DNA of 64,000 nucleotides from the human T2T-CHM13v2.0 reference genome, Homo sapiens. Each line of letters starts with the position of its first letter. Position 1 is the stretch's first letter. Below the pieces are notes generated by a model. That model did no database searches, had not been told where the DNA came from, and was given only the letters and a program-made list of their open reading frames with translations. The stretch lies in the NCBI RefSeq assembly GCF_009914755.1, contig NC_060926.1; one strand, written 5' to 3'. The translations under genes and the position numbers were made by a program. This document shows, in pieces, positions 57,179-64,000 of this stretch.

Positions 57179-57557
57179 CAGTCTGTTCTTCTCAGGGAGA
57201 CTATGCCTGACCAACATAGCTCTTCCTTACTATAGTTAAGCAATAAGCTCATCTTCATCTTTTTATTTCAGATGTTGAGTGGTGGATTAGGTAATCCAGA
57301 TTTAACATATGTAAATGGCTGGCATAAGACCTGACTTAATTAATACTCAAGTAATCATAGCTGCTGCTGATATTATCAGGACCTAAATCAAGTAAGCAAT
57401 CATGAAATTGGAAATAATATCAATTATAAGACTGTCAAAGGTTGATGAGCCTACTACTCAATATCTGATAGAAAAAAACAAAGCTGAATTTATCACTTAC
57501 TATATAGTAAGGGAGAAGTGTTGTTCAGGCATAGTCCTCCTTGAGCAGAGCAGACTG
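57179..57557. repeat. Long imperfect inverted repeat (arms about 110 bp), probably an ancient MITE
   Basis: cagtctgttcttctcagggagactatgcctga... mirrors ...tcaggcatagtcctccttgagcagagcagactg. Confidence 0.75.
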
Positions 57558-57664
57558 TTAATCTCGTAGGTTTTTTGGGAATATGAAATTCATATTGACA
57601 CCTATAGGACTGTAGTTACTGGAGTGAGACTGTTGTTCATTGATTCACATTCAGAAGCATGTTA

Positions 57665-58073
<409 letters not shown>

Positions 58074-58369
58074 CTAATGGACAAGTTAAAAACTGGTAGT
58101 TAAAAACTAGCCGCTTGTTCTTGTGGCTTCCAAACAATCAATCTCAATCTGTTTTTGGGAGGATGTAAACATTTTATTCTTTGTGCCCCCTTTTGGTCCT
58201 CTATCATATGTTAGGACAGTGGCTCTGTAGAAGCATTTGAGACTGAACAATAGACATCAACTATTTTGTTAACCTAGGTACAATATGAAGTGTTAGCACT
58301 GGTGCACACACCTCTCTGGTTGGGAAAAGAAAATAATTCATGGCTATTTTATTACCTATAACTACCTTG

Positions 58370-58786
58370 GTTCTATGGTTTGAATGTGTCCCCTCCAAAA
58401 TTCATGTTGAAACTTAATTCTTACTGTGGTAGTATTAAGTGGAGGGCCTTTAGGGCCTCTGGGGAAGTGGTATTAAGTGGGGGGCCTTTGGGGCTCTGCC
58501 CTCATGAATGGAGTAGTGCCTCATTAAAGGGCTGGAGGGAACTAGCTTGGGCCATTTTGCCCTTCTGCCTTCCACCATGTGAGGACACAGCATTCAGCCC
58601 CTCTGGAGGAAACAGCAACAAGGTGCCATCTTAGAAATAGGGAACGGGATCCTCACTTGACATGAAATTTGCAAGCACCTTGATCTTGGACTTCCCAGCC
58701 TCCCAAACTGTAAGAAGTAAATGTCTGTTCTTTATAAATTACTCAGTCTCAACTGTTTTGTTATAGCAGCAGAGACAGACTAAGAA
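58370..58786 (+). mobile_element. MaLR LTR (MSTD/MLT1A-type)
   Basis: tatggtttgaatgtgtcccctccaaaattcatgttgaaac...agactaaga. Confidence 0.85.
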
Positions 58787-58937
58787 GACGCCTGGTTATG
58801 AAAAATTTAAGTTGTTTGCTGTGTCTCCAAGGGTTGGGCTGTGTTATTTACTGGGTCAGCTAAAGTGAAAGAACACATTTTTTATGGTCTCCTCAAGTTG
58901 TCAAACTCCTATGGGATAGGTCACTATCCATAGGAGT

Positions 58938-59319
58938 TGATATGGTTTGGCTCTGTGTCCCCACCCAAATCTCATGTTGAATTGTAATTCCCAGTGTTGG
59001 AGGAGGAGGGGCCTGGTGGAAGGTGATTGGATTATGGGGGCAGTTTTCTCCCTTGCTGTTCTTGTGATAGTGGGTGACTTCTCACAAGATCTGGTTGTTT
59101 AAAAGTGTGTAGAATCTCCCTGTTCACTTGTTCTCTCCTACTGCCATGTGAAGATGTGCTTGCTTCCCCTTTGCCCTTCTGCCATGATTATAAGTTTCCT
59201 GAGGCCTCCCCAGCCAATGCCTACTGTACAGCCTGTGGAACTGTGAGTCAATTAAGCCTCTTTATAAATTACCCAGTCTCAGGTAGTTCTGTATAGCAGT
59301 GTGAGAATGGACTAACACA
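58938..59319 (+). mobile_element. MaLR LTR (MSTA/B-type)
   Basis: tgatatggtttggctctgtgtccccacc...ggactaacaca; 5-bp TSD ggagt. Confidence 0.9.
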
Positions 59320-60548
59320 GGAGTCTCCCCAAAAAGGGATTTATCCCTTTGGGCTCTTTATAAAGATATATAGTCAATTGAGGGTATTGGGGAATTATAA
59401 CCTTAAAACAGCCTAACCAGGAGCCCCCCAGAATAATTAACCTTGGTCCAGGGTTGGCACTGAAAACCTCGGTGCTGAATTCCACAAAGGAAAAGGATCC
59501 CAGTTACTACACAAGGGAGATGATCAACCTTAATGGATTGTAAATGTATTACCGCTTATGTTGTCATGACAGTCACAGTTATATGCCAAGAATATTTATA
59601 TCCTCCTTTTCCAGAACAAGGACGTTTTTCTTCACTTATGTATTGTCCTCAAAGGGTATCATTATTGATAAAGTTAATCTAACATACCTTTATGTTATTT
59701 TTAGATTGGCTATACTAGATTGGGGGAAAGATAATTAGATTGATGATCATTTCTAGTAAAGCTTGTATTTGTTATGAGGCATATGATAGCTAAATCACAA
59801 CTATATAAGCTTAAACCAGTAAAGAGAGGAGTATGACCAACAGAATAACAGACAAAGGTATGTTAAGAGAATGTGACAGAAGAATCTTGTTTGGATGGTC
59901 TTAGGCCAAAGCTGCCTGTTTTGTGTGGTTATCTGCTTGTTCTGAGGCTTTTGGGTTGGCAGTCAATTTCTGCAGATCATTTGCTTCTGAAAGCCCTTCA
60001 GAGAACTTTGGAATCTCTAATGGGTATAACTTTCTGATTCTATTAAGACCTTTTCTGTTTTTCCAGAGGATTGAAGTGATATGAGCAATAAGGGTTCATT
60101 TAAAAAGCAAAGCTTGTATAATTCAAATCATGAAAAACCATTCCAGCTTAATGTGTCCCTGTATTATTAGATAGATGTAATATCCTTGGTGGGAAACACA
60201 AACTCGAATCCTTTTTTAGCCATTTTAAGTGCTAGCTTTTTGACAAGGGAATGTTTCCATTCATCCAGAAAATAAATATACCATTATTACTGTATATAAC
60301 ACACACAGAATCAAGTAGTTATATACAATCCATTTGGATGTACTCAAAGAGTCTTTTAGGGTATGGTTCTAGTTCATACCCCACCTTTATAATTTTTCCA
60401 AATTAATTTCATTACAGATGAAACATTATCTGGCCACATCCTTTGCCATGCTAAAAAAGTTTCTATCAGTGATTAATATTGTGGCAAATTTTTTCGTTCT
60501 GTGATAGGTTGTTTTATAGAGGATTTTAGCAAGTGTCTATTTGAAGGT

Positions 60549-64000
<3,452 letters not shown>

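Overview
Human/primate intron-rich genomic DNA (Alu, L1PA, MER and MaLR repeats, including a human-type AluYb8). The + strand carries the 3' part of a spliced coiled-coil gene that I recognise as CCDC150. I hand-assembled 18 coding exons from 152 to the stop at 56616; they stay in frame at every junction and give about 722 aa ending ...[11 protein letters not shown], with a poly(A) signal at 56823. The rest is mostly transposon-derived. Main observations: (1) a repeat-free internal first exon (37366-37692) that splices in frame to the downstream exons and would give a ~588-aa isoform with a new N-terminus carrying an RRVSF (PP1-docking RVxF) motif, with a TGAGGTCA CRE-like element upstream; (2) a twin-primed (5'-inverted) L1PA3-like insertion carrying a ~210-bp 3' transduction, inside a four-level nest of transposons; (3) three locally templated insertion scars with snap-back inverted copies, resembling polymerase-theta repair; (4) a GC-AG intron; (5) a ~110-bp-arm inverted repeat just past the poly(A) site. 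There is no CRISPR, rRNA, tRNA or prokaryote-like system. Repeat subfamily calls are by eye and their boundaries are approximate.
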